Of a stretch of 64,000 nt of DNA, positions 27,093 to 35,850 are shown in pieces (the stretch's first letter is position 1; every line of letters starts with the position of its first letter). Position numbers and translations under genes: made by a program. A model generated the notes under the pieces. The model was not told where the DNA came from. It searched no databases and saw nothing but the letters and a program-made list of their open reading frames with translations. Source of the DNA: Spirochaetaceae bacterium (GTDB taxonomy: Bacteria > Spirochaetota > Spirochaetia > DSM-27196 > SLAA01); assembly GCA_003552985.1 (NCBI GenBank), contig PUPD01000252.1, positions 6,350-70,349 on the forward strand, in the 5' to 3' direction.

Positions 27093-28052
27093 ATGAGATA
27101 TCCCAAAGGACGCTTTAGTTTTGCATCCCGGGGCAAGGCCAAACAGGAGCCTTCGGCCTGGGTGATAGCCGGAAGTATACTGGCCTCTGTGGTATTTTTG
27201 ACACTGCTGGCGTTCGTCCTCTTTGGAGGGCACCGCGCATTCTACAGTATCGGGCGCGCTGCAAGCCGCGGCGATCTCTCTGACCTATGGGCTGACGAGC
27301 GGTATGAGGAGCTGATCGGTCAGGCCGAAGCCACCTTGGCCGAGGCGCCCATGGACCGCACGGCGTTGATCTATGCGGGGTTCGGACAGTTCTATGCCGG
27401 CCTCGAGCAGGTAGATGAAAACCGACGACTCGAGTACATGCAGAGCAGCATTCGGAAGCTGCGGAAGGCGCTGTTACATGATTCCGATCATCTTCGGGGA
27501 GAGTTGTATTACGTGCTGAGTAAGGGCTACTTTCACGTCGGGCCGTTCTATTACGATCTGACGGTCGAGTATATGCAACGCGCGCTTGACCACGGTTATC
27601 ACGCCGCCGACGTTCACGAATACCTGGCGGCGGCTTATGCGGAGTTGGGTCGGCACGAGGAAGCCGCGGAAAGCCTCAAAGCGGCGGTCGCAGAGAATCC
27701 GAACGATTTGCTCTATTATACCCTCGGTGAGACAGAGATGGAGTTGGGGCGGCTGTCCGAAGCAGAGCATGCGTTTGAGCGCGCACGAGCGCTCAGCGAA
27801 GATTCATACCTGACTCAGCAATCCAGACTGCGTCTAGCGGAACTGCTGATAGAAGACGATCGCTTCGATGAGGCTTTCGAACAGGTGGAGGAGGTGCTTG
27901 CGGCGAACGAAGACTCGGCGCATGCGTACTACCTGCGCGGTGAGCTGTACCAGGCGCAAAATGATCGAGAACGCGCTCGTGCCCAGTGGCGCGAGGCGGT
28001 ACGCCTTGACCCGCAGCACGCTGAGGCGCTGCAGAGCTTGCAGAACAACTAG
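27093..28052 (+). CDS. Membrane-anchored TPR repeat protein
   Basis: MRYPKGRFSF... is followed by the TM segment VIAGSILASVVFLTLLAFVLF and then several TPR-like repeats (e.g. AHAYYLRGELYQAQNDRERARAQWREAVRLDPQHAEA). The ORF-track start at 27057 is TTG, and the first ATG is 27093. Confidence 0.7.
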   Translation: MRYPKGRFSFASRGKAKQEPSAWVIAGSILASVVFLTLLAFVLFGGHRAFYSIGRAASRGDLSDLWADERYEELIGQAEATLAEAPMDRTALIYAGFGQFYAGLEQVDENRRLEYMQSSIRKLRKALLHDSDHLRGELYYVLSKGYFHVGPFYYDLTVEYMQRALDHGYHAADVHEYLAAAYAELGRHEEAAESLKAAVAENPNDLLYYTLGETEMELGRLSEAEHAFERARALSEDSYLTQQSRLRLAELLIEDDRFDEAFEQVEEVLAANEDSAHAYYLRGELYQAQNDRERARAQWREAVRLDPQHAEALQSLQNN

Positions 28053-28067
28053 GAGGAAACACAACCG

Positions 28068-29105
28068 ATGGGGTTCGGAAATATGTTCAACGCGTTCTCG
28101 ACCGATATCGGCGTCGACCTGGGGACATGTAACACGCTGGTCTATATCCGCGGCAAAGGGGTTGTAATCAACGAGCCGTCCGTGGTCGCCGTTGAGCGGG
28201 GAACAAAACGAGTAGTGGCGGTCGGTGAGGATGCCCGCCGGATGCTGTGGAAGACCCCCGGTGATATCATCGCGATCCGGCCCCTTCGTGACGGCGTTAT
28301 TGCGGACTTGGAAACCACCGAGAAGATGGTGAGGTACTTCATCGCTAAGGTTCTGAAACGGCGGTGGCTGGTCAAGCCACGCATGGTGATTGGCGTTCCC
28401 TCATGCATTACCGAGGTGGAACGCCGCGCCGTGGAGGAGAGCGCCTACAAAGTTGGCGCGCGCGAAGTCAAGGTGATTGAGGAAAGCCTTGCGGCCGCGA
28501 TAGGAGCGAACATCCCGATTTACGAGCCGGCCGGGCATATGGTTTGCGATGTCGGCGGAGGAACGAGTGAGATCTCGGTGATTTCGTTGGGCGGTATGGT
28601 TGTCACTAACGCGATTCGTCTCGGCGGTGATGAGTTCGATGAGGCGATCATTAAGCATGTCCGTACCGTTCACAACCTGATCATCGGCGAAGGAACCGCA
28701 GAGGAGCTGAAACGAAAGATAGGCAACGCTGCGCCGGACAAAAAGATCGAAACGATGGAGATCAAGGGAACCGACGCTATAACGGGCCTGCCGCGACGGC
28801 TGGAAATCGACAGTGTCGAGGTGCGTGAAGCGCTTCAGGAACCCATCACGGCGATTGTGGAGGAGATCAAACGCACGCTCGGGCAGACTCCTCCGGAGCT
28901 GGCCGCCGACATTGTCGAACGCGGGATCGTGATGACAGGTGGGGGCTCGCTGCTCAAAGGACTGGATCATCTGATCGCTAACGAGACCGGCGTTCCTTGC
29001 TTTCGCGCTGAGGACCCGCTGAACTGTGTGGTGCTCGGCGCCGGCATGTTCTTCGAGTTCGAAAAAGGGATGAACGATCATCACCACATCTATAATAAGC
29101 TTTGA
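28068..29105 (+). CDS. mreB: Rod shape-determining protein MreB
   Basis: [37 protein letters not shown] and [14 protein letters not shown] are actin-fold motifs. Confidence 0.97.
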   Translation: MGFGNMFNAFSTDIGVDLGTCNTLVYIRGKGVVINEPSVVAVERGTKRVVAVGEDARRMLWKTPGDIIAIRPLRDGVIADLETTEKMVRYFIAKVLKRRWLVKPRMVIGVPSCITEVERRAVEESAYKVGAREVKVIEESLAAAIGANIPIYEPAGHMVCDVGGGTSEISVISLGGMVVTNAIRLGGDEFDEAIIKHVRTVHNLIIGEGTAEELKRKIGNAAPDKKIETMEIKGTDAITGLPRRLEIDSVEVREALQEPITAIVEEIKRTLGQTPPELAADIVERGIVMTGGGSLLKGLDHLIANETGVPCFRAEDPLNCVVLGAGMFFEFEKGMNDHHHIYNKL

Positions 29106-29974
29106 GGAATTCAGGCCAGTATTCAACGCACAAAGCCGCGGTCACGTTAGCTGTGTTACTCAGCCTATCGGTGCTCGGCATCGTATTCAGTAGCCCAGGC
29201 AGCGTCGGTGGGCCGGTGCGGGTGATAGGGTCGGTGTTAGGTGCTGTGCAACGTGGGGTGTCGGGTGCCGGCAGTTTTGTGGGCTCGAGTGTACACTCAG
29301 TGCGGGAGCTCGGCCAGCTGCGCGAGGATTATGAAGACTTGCTTGAGCGCTTGCGGGAGTACGAGGCGATCGAGCGTGATATTCGGGACCTCGAGCGTGA
29401 GATCGAGGCATTGCGCGAAACCCTCGGCTTTTCCCGCCGGATCGCCTACGACAACATTCCGGCGCGTGTGATCGCCCGGGACCCAGGAAATTTCTTTGCC
29501 ACTATGACGCTTAACCGTGGAGCCCGTGATGGCGTTGAAACGGACATGCCGGTGATCGCGGTTCAGGACGGGCGGCAGGGATTGATCGGACGCGTCAGGA
29601 ACGTCACCAATCGAACCTCAGCCGTGAAGCCGATTTTCGACAGCTCTTCGTACGTCGCCGCAAGACTGCGCGAATCCCGCTATGAAGGGCTGATTCAAGG
29701 GGGCGGAATCGGCAGTACAACGCTCACGATGCGGTATGTGCCTGATTCGGCGCGAGCGGAAGTGTCCTACGGGGATATGATCGTAACATCCGGGATGAGC
29801 GCGGTCTATCCGGCGGAGATTCAAGTCGGCATGGTGGATGCCATCCACTCGCGACCTTACGAGACTTCTCTGGAGATCGAGGTCACCCCGATCGTTGATT
29901 TCTCCCGACTTGAGTATGTATTCGTGCTGGCGCCTGAGGAGGCGCCGCCCGAAAACGAGGAAGCCGAACCGTGA
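29102..29974 (+). CDS. mreC: Rod shape-determining protein MreC
   Basis: It sits after mreB and has a TM anchor, the coiled coil [34 protein letters not shown], and a beta-rich C-domain ([16 protein letters not shown]...GDMIVTSG). The start codon is uncertain (TTG 29102). Confidence 0.85.
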   Translation: MRNSGQYSTHKAAVTLAVLLSLSVLGIVFSSPGSVGGPVRVIGSVLGAVQRGVSGAGSFVGSSVHSVRELGQLREDYEDLLERLREYEAIERDIRDLEREIEALRETLGFSRRIAYDNIPARVIARDPGNFFATMTLNRGARDGVETDMPVIAVQDGRQGLIGRVRNVTNRTSAVKPIFDSSSYVAARLRESRYEGLIQGGGIGSTTLTMRYVPDSARAEVSYGDMIVTSGMSAVYPAEIQVGMVDAIHSRPYETSLEIEVTPIVDFSRLEYVFVLAPEEAPPENEEAEP

Positions 29975-30003
29975 GGATGCCGGTATGAGGAGACGGGGCT
30001 GAA

Positions 30004-30513
30004 ATGTCGGCAGCACTGGTATATGGTATCATCATAGCGACCGGTTTCGCGTTGCTGCAGAGCAATGTACTGCACGGCATCGCGATCGGGGGTGTAGTTC
30101 CCGATATTGCTCTGATAGTCGTCGTCTTCTTGGCCAACAAGAAGGGTAGCTTTGAAGGGGAGTTGAGTGGCTTTGCGGCCGGGTTGGCGCAGGATCTTCT
30201 GAGCCTCGCACCGCTTGGCCTCCACGCGTTTGCAAAGACGCTGGTCGGGTATCTGATTGGCAAGACGCGTGGCAAGATGTTCCTTGATCCCATATTTCTG
30301 CCGATTCTTATGGTGTTTGCAGCCACGCTGCTCCAGGGATTGCTGGCGTCTCTGCTTGTAACGGTCTTCCGCATTGAGCTTGCGTTTTCCGGGATGTTGA
30401 GCGCGCGTTTTGCAATTGAGCTGAGCTACAACGCGCTGTTGGCGCCGGTTGTGTTTGGCCTGTTGCGTTTCATACCGCCGTTAGCTGAAGTCGAACGGGG
30501 AGGGTTCTCCTGA
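30004..30513 (+). CDS. mreD: Rod shape-determining protein MreD
   Basis: 169-aa polytopic membrane protein located between mreC and PBP2. Confidence 0.75.
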   Translation: MSAALVYGIIIATGFALLQSNVLHGIAIGGVVPDIALIVVVFLANKKGSFEGELSGFAAGLAQDLLSLAPLGLHAFAKTLVGYLIGKTRGKMFLDPIFLPILMVFAATLLQGLLASLLVTVFRIELAFSGMLSARFAIELSYNALLAPVVFGLLRFIPPLAEVERGGFS

Positions 30514-30516
30514 GCC

Positions 30517-32442
30517 ATGAGCGATTCACCGCTAAACCGTCGTGTGCCGCGTGAGCGAATTCTAGTCCTGGCCGCGCTCATATGCGTGCTGGTGTTCGTC
30601 TACCTGGGTTATCTTTTTTCGCTTCAGATCATCGATGGGTATATCTACGCCATGCGTGCCGAACAGGTCACTCGGCGCAGCACGGTGATTCCCGCGCCTC
30701 GCGGGCAGATCTACGATCGGCATTATGAGTCGCCGTTGGTCACCAATGTTGACTCGTTCGTGGTAGAGGTCAATCCGGCGAACATCCCGCGCGGTTCGCA
30801 TGAGGAAGTCTTCGAACGTCTTGCGCGCACTCTGGATGTTTCGGTATCTCGAATCGCGCAGCGGATTCCGCCGCGAAGATACAACACATATCAAGCAGTG
30901 GAGATCGACACGGCGGTGCCGTTCGAGACGATTGCATATCTCGCTGAGAACATTGAACGCTATCCCGGTGTGAATTGGCGTAACACTCCGGTGCGTCAGT
31001 ACACTCGTACGAACTCGCTTGCGCACACACTTGGATTCGTAGGGCAGATCACAACCGAAGAGCTACAGGTGCTCTATAATCGAGGCTACGATGCACGCTC
31101 GATTCTCGGCAAGGCAGGGATTGAGCAGTATTATGACGAGATGCTCCGTGGCGAGGACGGGCGGCGCTTCCTGAAGGTCGACGCCCGCGGAAGGCAAGTT
31201 GGCGAAGCCGATCTTGACCCGATCGAGCCGGAACTCGGGGAAAACCTGGTGCTTACCATCGATAGCCGAATTCAGAAGCTGGCCGAGCGAGCGCTTGGGA
31301 AACGCACGGGGTCGGTGGTTGCGTTGCGGCCACATACCGGTGAAGTCCTGGCGATGGCGTCCTACCCGTATTACGATCCGAACATTTTTTTCGAGCGCGG
31401 CCGGGCGGAATCGTTTCAAAGCCTCTCTGCGGATGCGCGCGCCCCGTTTCTCAATCGTGCAATTCAGTCCGCTGCGGTGCCCGCTTCTTCGTTCAAGAAG
31501 ATTATGACGGCAGCTGTGCTCGAGGAGGAGGCCTTCTCACCCGATCAGACCGTAACCTGTCGTGGTTCGCGTCGATTCGGCAATCGCACCTTCAACTGTT
31601 GGCTGGAGTACGGTCATGGCTCGCTCAACCTAAAAGAAGCGCTGGCACAGTCCTGTAACGTGTTCTTCTATACCATGGGGTATGAGTATCTGGGTGAAGA
31701 CATAATCGTCGACTACGCCAAACAGTTCGGTTTCGGAGAGCGAACGGGAATTGATCTGCCGGGCGAGGTTCCCGGGCTCGTGCCGACGCCGGAATGGAAA
31801 CAGGCGCGTTTCGGATCACGCTGGGTCGGTGGTGACACGATCAACCTGTCGATCGGCCAGGGCTTCATCGAGGTCACACCGTTGCAACTGGCAAACGCCA
31901 TGGCGATGATCGTCAATGATGGAGTGATCTATCGGCCGCATGTGCTGCGAGAAGTTCGCGACCAGGAAACGGGACAGTTGATTCACTCGGTTGAGCCCGA
32001 GGTCCTTCGTACTTCAGACATCAGTGCGGAAACGTTTAAGGAGCTGCGACAAGCGCTCCGAGGGGCGGTGGCGGAGGGGACGCCGCGGCCGGTTATTACC
32101 ACACGAGCGGTGGAGATAGCCGGAAAGACCGGCACCGGCGAAACCGGCAGACCGGATGAGCTTCATTCGTGGTTTGTGTCCTATGGACCATTTGGGGCTG
32201 ACGATCCTGAGGACAAGGTCGTTCTGGTGGTGATGGTGGACGGCGCGAATGAATGGGAGTGGTGGGCGCCCCGAGCTTCCAATGTCATTATGCATGGGAT
32301 TTTCTCCGGCGAGACCTACGAAGAGTCGCTGAGCTCACTTGGGCTGAGTTGGTGGTTGCGGGCTGAACAGGAAGAAGAAACCCCTGAGGTTCCGGCTGAA
32401 GAGTATCAGGAGCAGCAAGAAGGGTTCGAGATCGAGGGATAG
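30517..32442 (+). CDS. mrdA: Penicillin-binding protein 2 (elongasome transpeptidase)
   Basis: It has a TM anchor and a PBP dimerisation domain. SSFK is the SxxK motif, SCN the SxN motif and KTGTG the KTG motif. An acidic C-terminal tail is present. Confidence 0.92.
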   Translation: MSDSPLNRRVPRERILVLAALICVLVFVYLGYLFSLQIIDGYIYAMRAEQVTRRSTVIPAPRGQIYDRHYESPLVTNVDSFVVEVNPANIPRGSHEEVFERLARTLDVSVSRIAQRIPPRRYNTYQAVEIDTAVPFETIAYLAENIERYPGVNWRNTPVRQYTRTNSLAHTLGFVGQITTEELQVLYNRGYDARSILGKAGIEQYYDEMLRGEDGRRFLKVDARGRQVGEADLDPIEPELGENLVLTIDSRIQKLAERALGKRTGSVVALRPHTGEVLAMASYPYYDPNIFFERGRAESFQSLSADARAPFLNRAIQSAAVPASSFKKIMTAAVLEEEAFSPDQTVTCRGSRRFGNRTFNCWLEYGHGSLNLKEALAQSCNVFFYTMGYEYLGEDIIVDYAKQFGFGERTGIDLPGEVPGLVPTPEWKQARFGSRWVGGDTINLSIGQGFIEVTPLQLANAMAMIVNDGVIYRPHVLREVRDQETGQLIHSVEPEVLRTSDISAETFKELRQALRGAVAEGTPRPVITTRAVEIAGKTGTGETGRPDELHSWFVSYGPFGADDPEDKVVLVVMVDGANEWEWWAPRASNVIMHGIFSGETYEESLSSLGLSWWLRAEQEEETPEVPAEEYQEQQEGFEIEG

Positions 32443-32590
32443 CCCCACCGGTGATTCCTGCCTGCTGGACCTGCCTGCTGGATCTGGCTGCAAGCGACAC
32501 CTGAAGCTACACCTGATATACCGCCAAACCAGCATCGCCACGGGACAAATTGTCTATAAAACCATACAAATTAAGACAAAGTATGGGCAA

Positions 32591-33520
32591 CTAGTCGCTC
32601 CTCTCGTTGCTCTTGCTCGCTTGCCAGAGCGCTTCCATCTGCTCAAGCGTGTCGGGCGTCATCTGCATACCGCGCCGTTCCATCTCGCGCGCGACATGCT
32701 CAAACCGTTCAACGAACTTTTCGTTGCCGGCGTGGAGTGCCGCGGACGGGTCGTGGTTTAGCACGCGCGCCAGGTTCGCGACGCTGAAGAGCAAATCTCC
32801 CAGTTCGCGCTCAACCAAAACCGCGTCGTTGTCATCATACGCGTATTTGAGCTCGTCGAGCTCTTCAGCGACCTTGTCGAACACCGGCTCGCTCGATTCC
32901 CAGTCGAATCCCATCTTGGCGGCTCGCTTCTGCAGCTTGACCGCGCGCGATAGCGGGGGAAGTCCTCGAACTTTGCCATCTTCCAGCTGCGAACGCCGTT
33001 TCTTGCCTTCGGATGCTTTGATATCGTCCCACTGCCGGAGAACCTCGGAGCTTCCCATCTCACCTGAAGTATCGCCGAACACGTGCGGATGCCGGCGTAC
33101 AAGCTTTGCTGACACTGTGTCCAGCACGGTTTTCACGCTCCCGCGACCGGACTGTTCGAGCATATAGGCGATCATCATAGAAACCAAAATAGTGTCGCCA
33201 AGCTCCTCGTGTATCTCCTCAGAGTCACCCTCCGAAAACGCGCCGACTACCTCGTAGGCCTCCTCAACAAGGCTTTCCTTCATGCTCTCAGGTGTCTGTT
33301 CGAGATCCCAGGGGCAACCGTCAGGATCCCGGAGAATCCTCACGATCCGATACAGCCGACGAAACGCCTCGAGGACGCGATCCTCATCGTAGTTCGGATC
33401 CTGCGCGGCCTGCAGGCGCTCCAACGGAGAGCGTCCATGCTTCTTGGTGAGGTTGCTATGCGGTGCAGCGGAATCGTCTGAAGGGTGTTGTTGCTTACTG
33501 TTACGGCTGTTGTCCTGCAT
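32591..33520 (-). CDS. mazG: Nucleoside triphosphate pyrophosphohydrolase MazG
   Basis: Contains LRDPDGCPWDLEQTPESMKESLVEEAYEV and a second EExGD(L/T) repeat (ELGDLLFSVANLAR). There is a ~45-aa polar N-terminal extension. Confidence 0.9.
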   Translation of the reverse strand: MQDNSRNSKQQHPSDDSAAPHSNLTKKHGRSPLERLQAAQDPNYDEDRVLEAFRRLYRIVRILRDPDGCPWDLEQTPESMKESLVEEAYEVVGAFSEGDSEEIHEELGDTILVSMMIAYMLEQSGRGSVKTVLDTVSAKLVRRHPHVFGDTSGEMGSSEVLRQWDDIKASEGKKRRSQLEDGKVRGLPPLSRAVKLQKRAAKMGFDWESSEPVFDKVAEELDELKYAYDDNDAVLVERELGDLLFSVANLARVLNHDPSAALHAGNEKFVERFEHVAREMERRGMQMTPDTLEQMEALWQASKSNERSD

Positions 33521-33828
33521 TGTATTTCTTAACCACCTCGCTCCATATCACATTAGTAGACCGAATATGTATTATCGGAAGTGGCATAACGGCTACAGTT
33601 CCCCGTTGATCCTGGGCTCCGCCGGAATGCGTAACAGCCGCGTATAACCACTGTGCTTTGCGCCAAACCCGGGATACAACGGGATGCATGATACCCCACG
33701 ACCGCGAGAGCTTCAAGGTGCACCGACCGTTGAAATCGCCGGCGCTGAAGGCACCGGTAGATGAATTACGATGCGTCGTTTCGATGTCCCGTCGTCGCCT
33801 TGTTAAGCGGTATGGCCGTTTCTCTCGT

Positions 33829-34110
33829 TCATCGGTCTGAGTCAGTGACGGCCGAAAACACCCACATCAGGATGAACGAAGTGATCAACGGAGGGAAAAT
33901 ATTAACGTTATTGAGATTTGCGAGCCGATGGATAAGATCATCAAAATAAAAATCTACCACGCCTCCTAGAAATGCGCCGATCAGACCAAGCACCAGAGCT
34001 CCCCAGAATCGTCCCAAGAACGGTCGCCGTAGAACATAGTAGAACCACAGGGTGATCGCAAAACCGATAACGATGTAGGTCAATCCGATGTTCAAGTAGT
34101 ACGTTGCCAT
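33829..34110 (-). CDS. Small membrane protein, GlsB/YeaQ/YmgE-like
   Basis: 93 aa with 3 hydrophobic helices and a Gly-zipper (GALVLGLIGAFLGGVV). Confidence 0.45.
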   Translation of the reverse strand: MATYYLNIGLTYIVIGFAITLWFYYVLRRPFLGRFWGALVLGLIGAFLGGVVDFYFDDLIHRLANLNNVNIFPPLITSFILMWVFSAVTDSDR

Positions 34111-34128
34111 AGTGCCCTTTCCCGTCAG

Positions 34129-34893
34129 CTAGTTCTGGATTAAAGCTATGTCACGCCCGAGCAATACGGGCACGCTATAGAACCGCTCGAAGTCTGTTGT
34201 TCGGCCGTAGGCTAGTCCGTAAACGGCGATGAATAACCCGCCCTCCACCTCAAATACGTCACGCAAATCCTCGGGACTCACGTTCCCAAGGGCGGTCGTA
34301 ATGTCATTATCGTCTGCAGCATATACACCGTTAGCAGGATCGGTCTCAACCGGAAAAAACCGCTTCGGTGTTTGCCCGTCGGCTTCGTTGATCTGAGGGC
34401 CTCGTCGAAGCCTGACGAATCTGTCTTCGAACATCGCGATTGCGTCTGGTTCGTCTATCTGATTGGGAGGATCATCATCAGGGTCGAACGGAAACATCAT
34501 CCGCACCAGAAAGCTTTCACCGCGTATGTCAGCCGCCTGTATCAACGGGGAACCCCGGTCTTGTGCATCTCGGATTCTGCGGTAGCCGCGTGCGGTAAGG
34601 CGATTGGGATTAGGCGATCGTGGAGAATCAAGGATGGCGTCGTTATGGTTGCGCCACTGGTCTTCTCCGTCGGTGGTAGCGGGATAGAACCGATAGTACA
34701 GCTCATAGCCACGAAACTCTTCAATGTCATTTGTGGTATCGTGCTCGAACTCGATCTCGACGTCGCTGTCTGACACGGCAACCGGAGGCTCCAGGAACGG
34801 GATCGTCGGGAGGCCGCAGGCGGCTAGAAGGAGCGCGGCGGCTGCGGCAAGCGGCGTCCTCACGGCCCGGGCGGCATAATAACCGACGCTCAT
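34129..34893 (-). CDS. Hypothetical lipoprotein
   Basis: The internal start M60 of the 313-aa ORF gives MSVGYYAARAVRTPLAAAAALLLAACG, a signal with lipobox LAAC. The mature part has no motif I recognise. The longer 35070 start would add a Cys/Arg/Gly-rich non-signal extension. Confidence 0.55.
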   Translation of the reverse strand: MSVGYYAARAVRTPLAAAAALLLAACGLPTIPFLEPPVAVSDSDVEIEFEHDTTNDIEEFRGYELYYRFYPATTDGEDQWRNHNDAILDSPRSPNPNRLTARGYRRIRDAQDRGSPLIQAADIRGESFLVRMMFPFDPDDDPPNQIDEPDAIAMFEDRFVRLRRGPQINEADGQTPKRFFPVETDPANGVYAADDNDITTALGNVSPEDLRDVFEVEGGLFIAVYGLAYGRTTDFERFYSVPVLLGRDIALIQN

Positions 34894-35136
34894 GATCTGC
34901 TGTAGAAGCGTGCCCGCTACTCCCTTAACCACAGCGTTCACTCCAGGCCGTTCGCGCGTTATAAGCTCCGCCGAGCGGCAAGCCGCGGTGCCACCGCATG
35001 CGCCGCCGCGTGCACAACGGCGGGTGACACCCCTGACCACAGGTGCTTGCGTCGGCCGGAACCGCGACAATTGCCGGTATCACAATTGCCGATGCCGGCG
35101 GAACTACCGGGGCCACTCATTAGCCGGCGCCGCCCA

Positions 35137-35832
35137 TCAGATGCGTTCCTGCGCGCGCAGGACGATCAGCCGATTACGGGCCATGTCGCTCCAGGGGCTC
35201 CCGGTATAGTCTTCCAACAGTCGATCGTAGGCTTCGGCGGCTTCCTCAAACCGGTCTCCGGCCTCATAAACGCGAGCAAGGCCGAACAACGCACGCGGAG
35301 CCTCCACCGACTGATCGCCGTACGACTCCACTATCCGGCGGAAAATCTCTTCAGCCCGACCGAACTCCCCGAGCTCCTCGGCGGCGAAACCGCCGTAAAG
35401 CAAAGCCCTAGGAGCAAGATGAGCGTTCGAATACTGATCGGCAAGCTGTACGAACGCGGACAACGCCTCTTCGTAGCGTTCGGCCTCGTAGTGCATGCTT
35501 GCTTCAATGTAGCGAGCGCGCAACGCACCGTAGGTGCCTGAGAATCGCTCCCGTATTGCTTCAAGCTCAGCGATCAGCTCCGGTTCGAGTTCGGCCCGCG
35601 TCTCTTCGTCGGCTCCCTGCCATTGCTCGTACTGGTCTTTGGCGGCCTCAATGCGGACTAAGGCCTCTTCGGCACGACGCGATTGGAGTTCAAAAAACAC
35701 GACCGCGCCGATTCCACCGACGATCACCACCGCGAACACGACAATGAGGTGCGTGCGGTAACGCTGCAGAAATGCGGATAGGATATCGGCGACCTTCGGT
35801 TTCGCTTCTTCGCCGCCGGGGGTTTTCGCCAT
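35137..35832 (-). CDS. Single-pass membrane protein with a TPR-like periplasmic domain (YfgM-like architecture)
   Basis: The N-terminal TM is LIVVFAVVIVGGIGAVVFF. Helical repeats follow (YEEALSAFVQLADQY, FGRAEEIFRRIVESY, FEEAAEAYDRLLEDY). Confidence 0.6.
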   Translation of the reverse strand: MAKTPGGEEAKPKVADILSAFLQRYRTHLIVVFAVVIVGGIGAVVFFELQSRRAEEALVRIEAAKDQYEQWQGADEETRAELEPELIAELEAIRERFSGTYGALRARYIEASMHYEAERYEEALSAFVQLADQYSNAHLAPRALLYGGFAAEELGEFGRAEEIFRRIVESYGDQSVEAPRALFGLARVYEAGDRFEEAAEAYDRLLEDYTGSPWSDMARNRLIVLRAQERI

Positions 35833-35850
35833 GGGGTACTCCTTGTATTC

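Noticed and set aside
31643-31658. TGGCAC-N5-TGTA sigma-54-like string
   Set aside because: It lies inside the mrdA coding sequence, the -12 element is wrong (TGTA rather than TTGC), and no downstream gene start exists.
33501-33716. 71-aa ORF (minus strand) in the large intergenic region upstream of mazG, plus the plus-strand ORFs 33444-33647 and 33658-33840
   Set aside because: There is no SD, the composition is Trp/Arg/His-rich and non-protein-like, and the ORF overlaps the mazG start out of frame. The region is better treated as non-coding (see the structured-RNA finding).
34894-35070. Long start (35070) of the 313-aa ORF
   Set aside because: The first 59 residues (MSRFRPTQAPVVRGVTRRCARGGACGGTAACRS...) are not signal-like. 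M60 yields a textbook lipoprotein signal. This is kept as an open alternative in the feature note.
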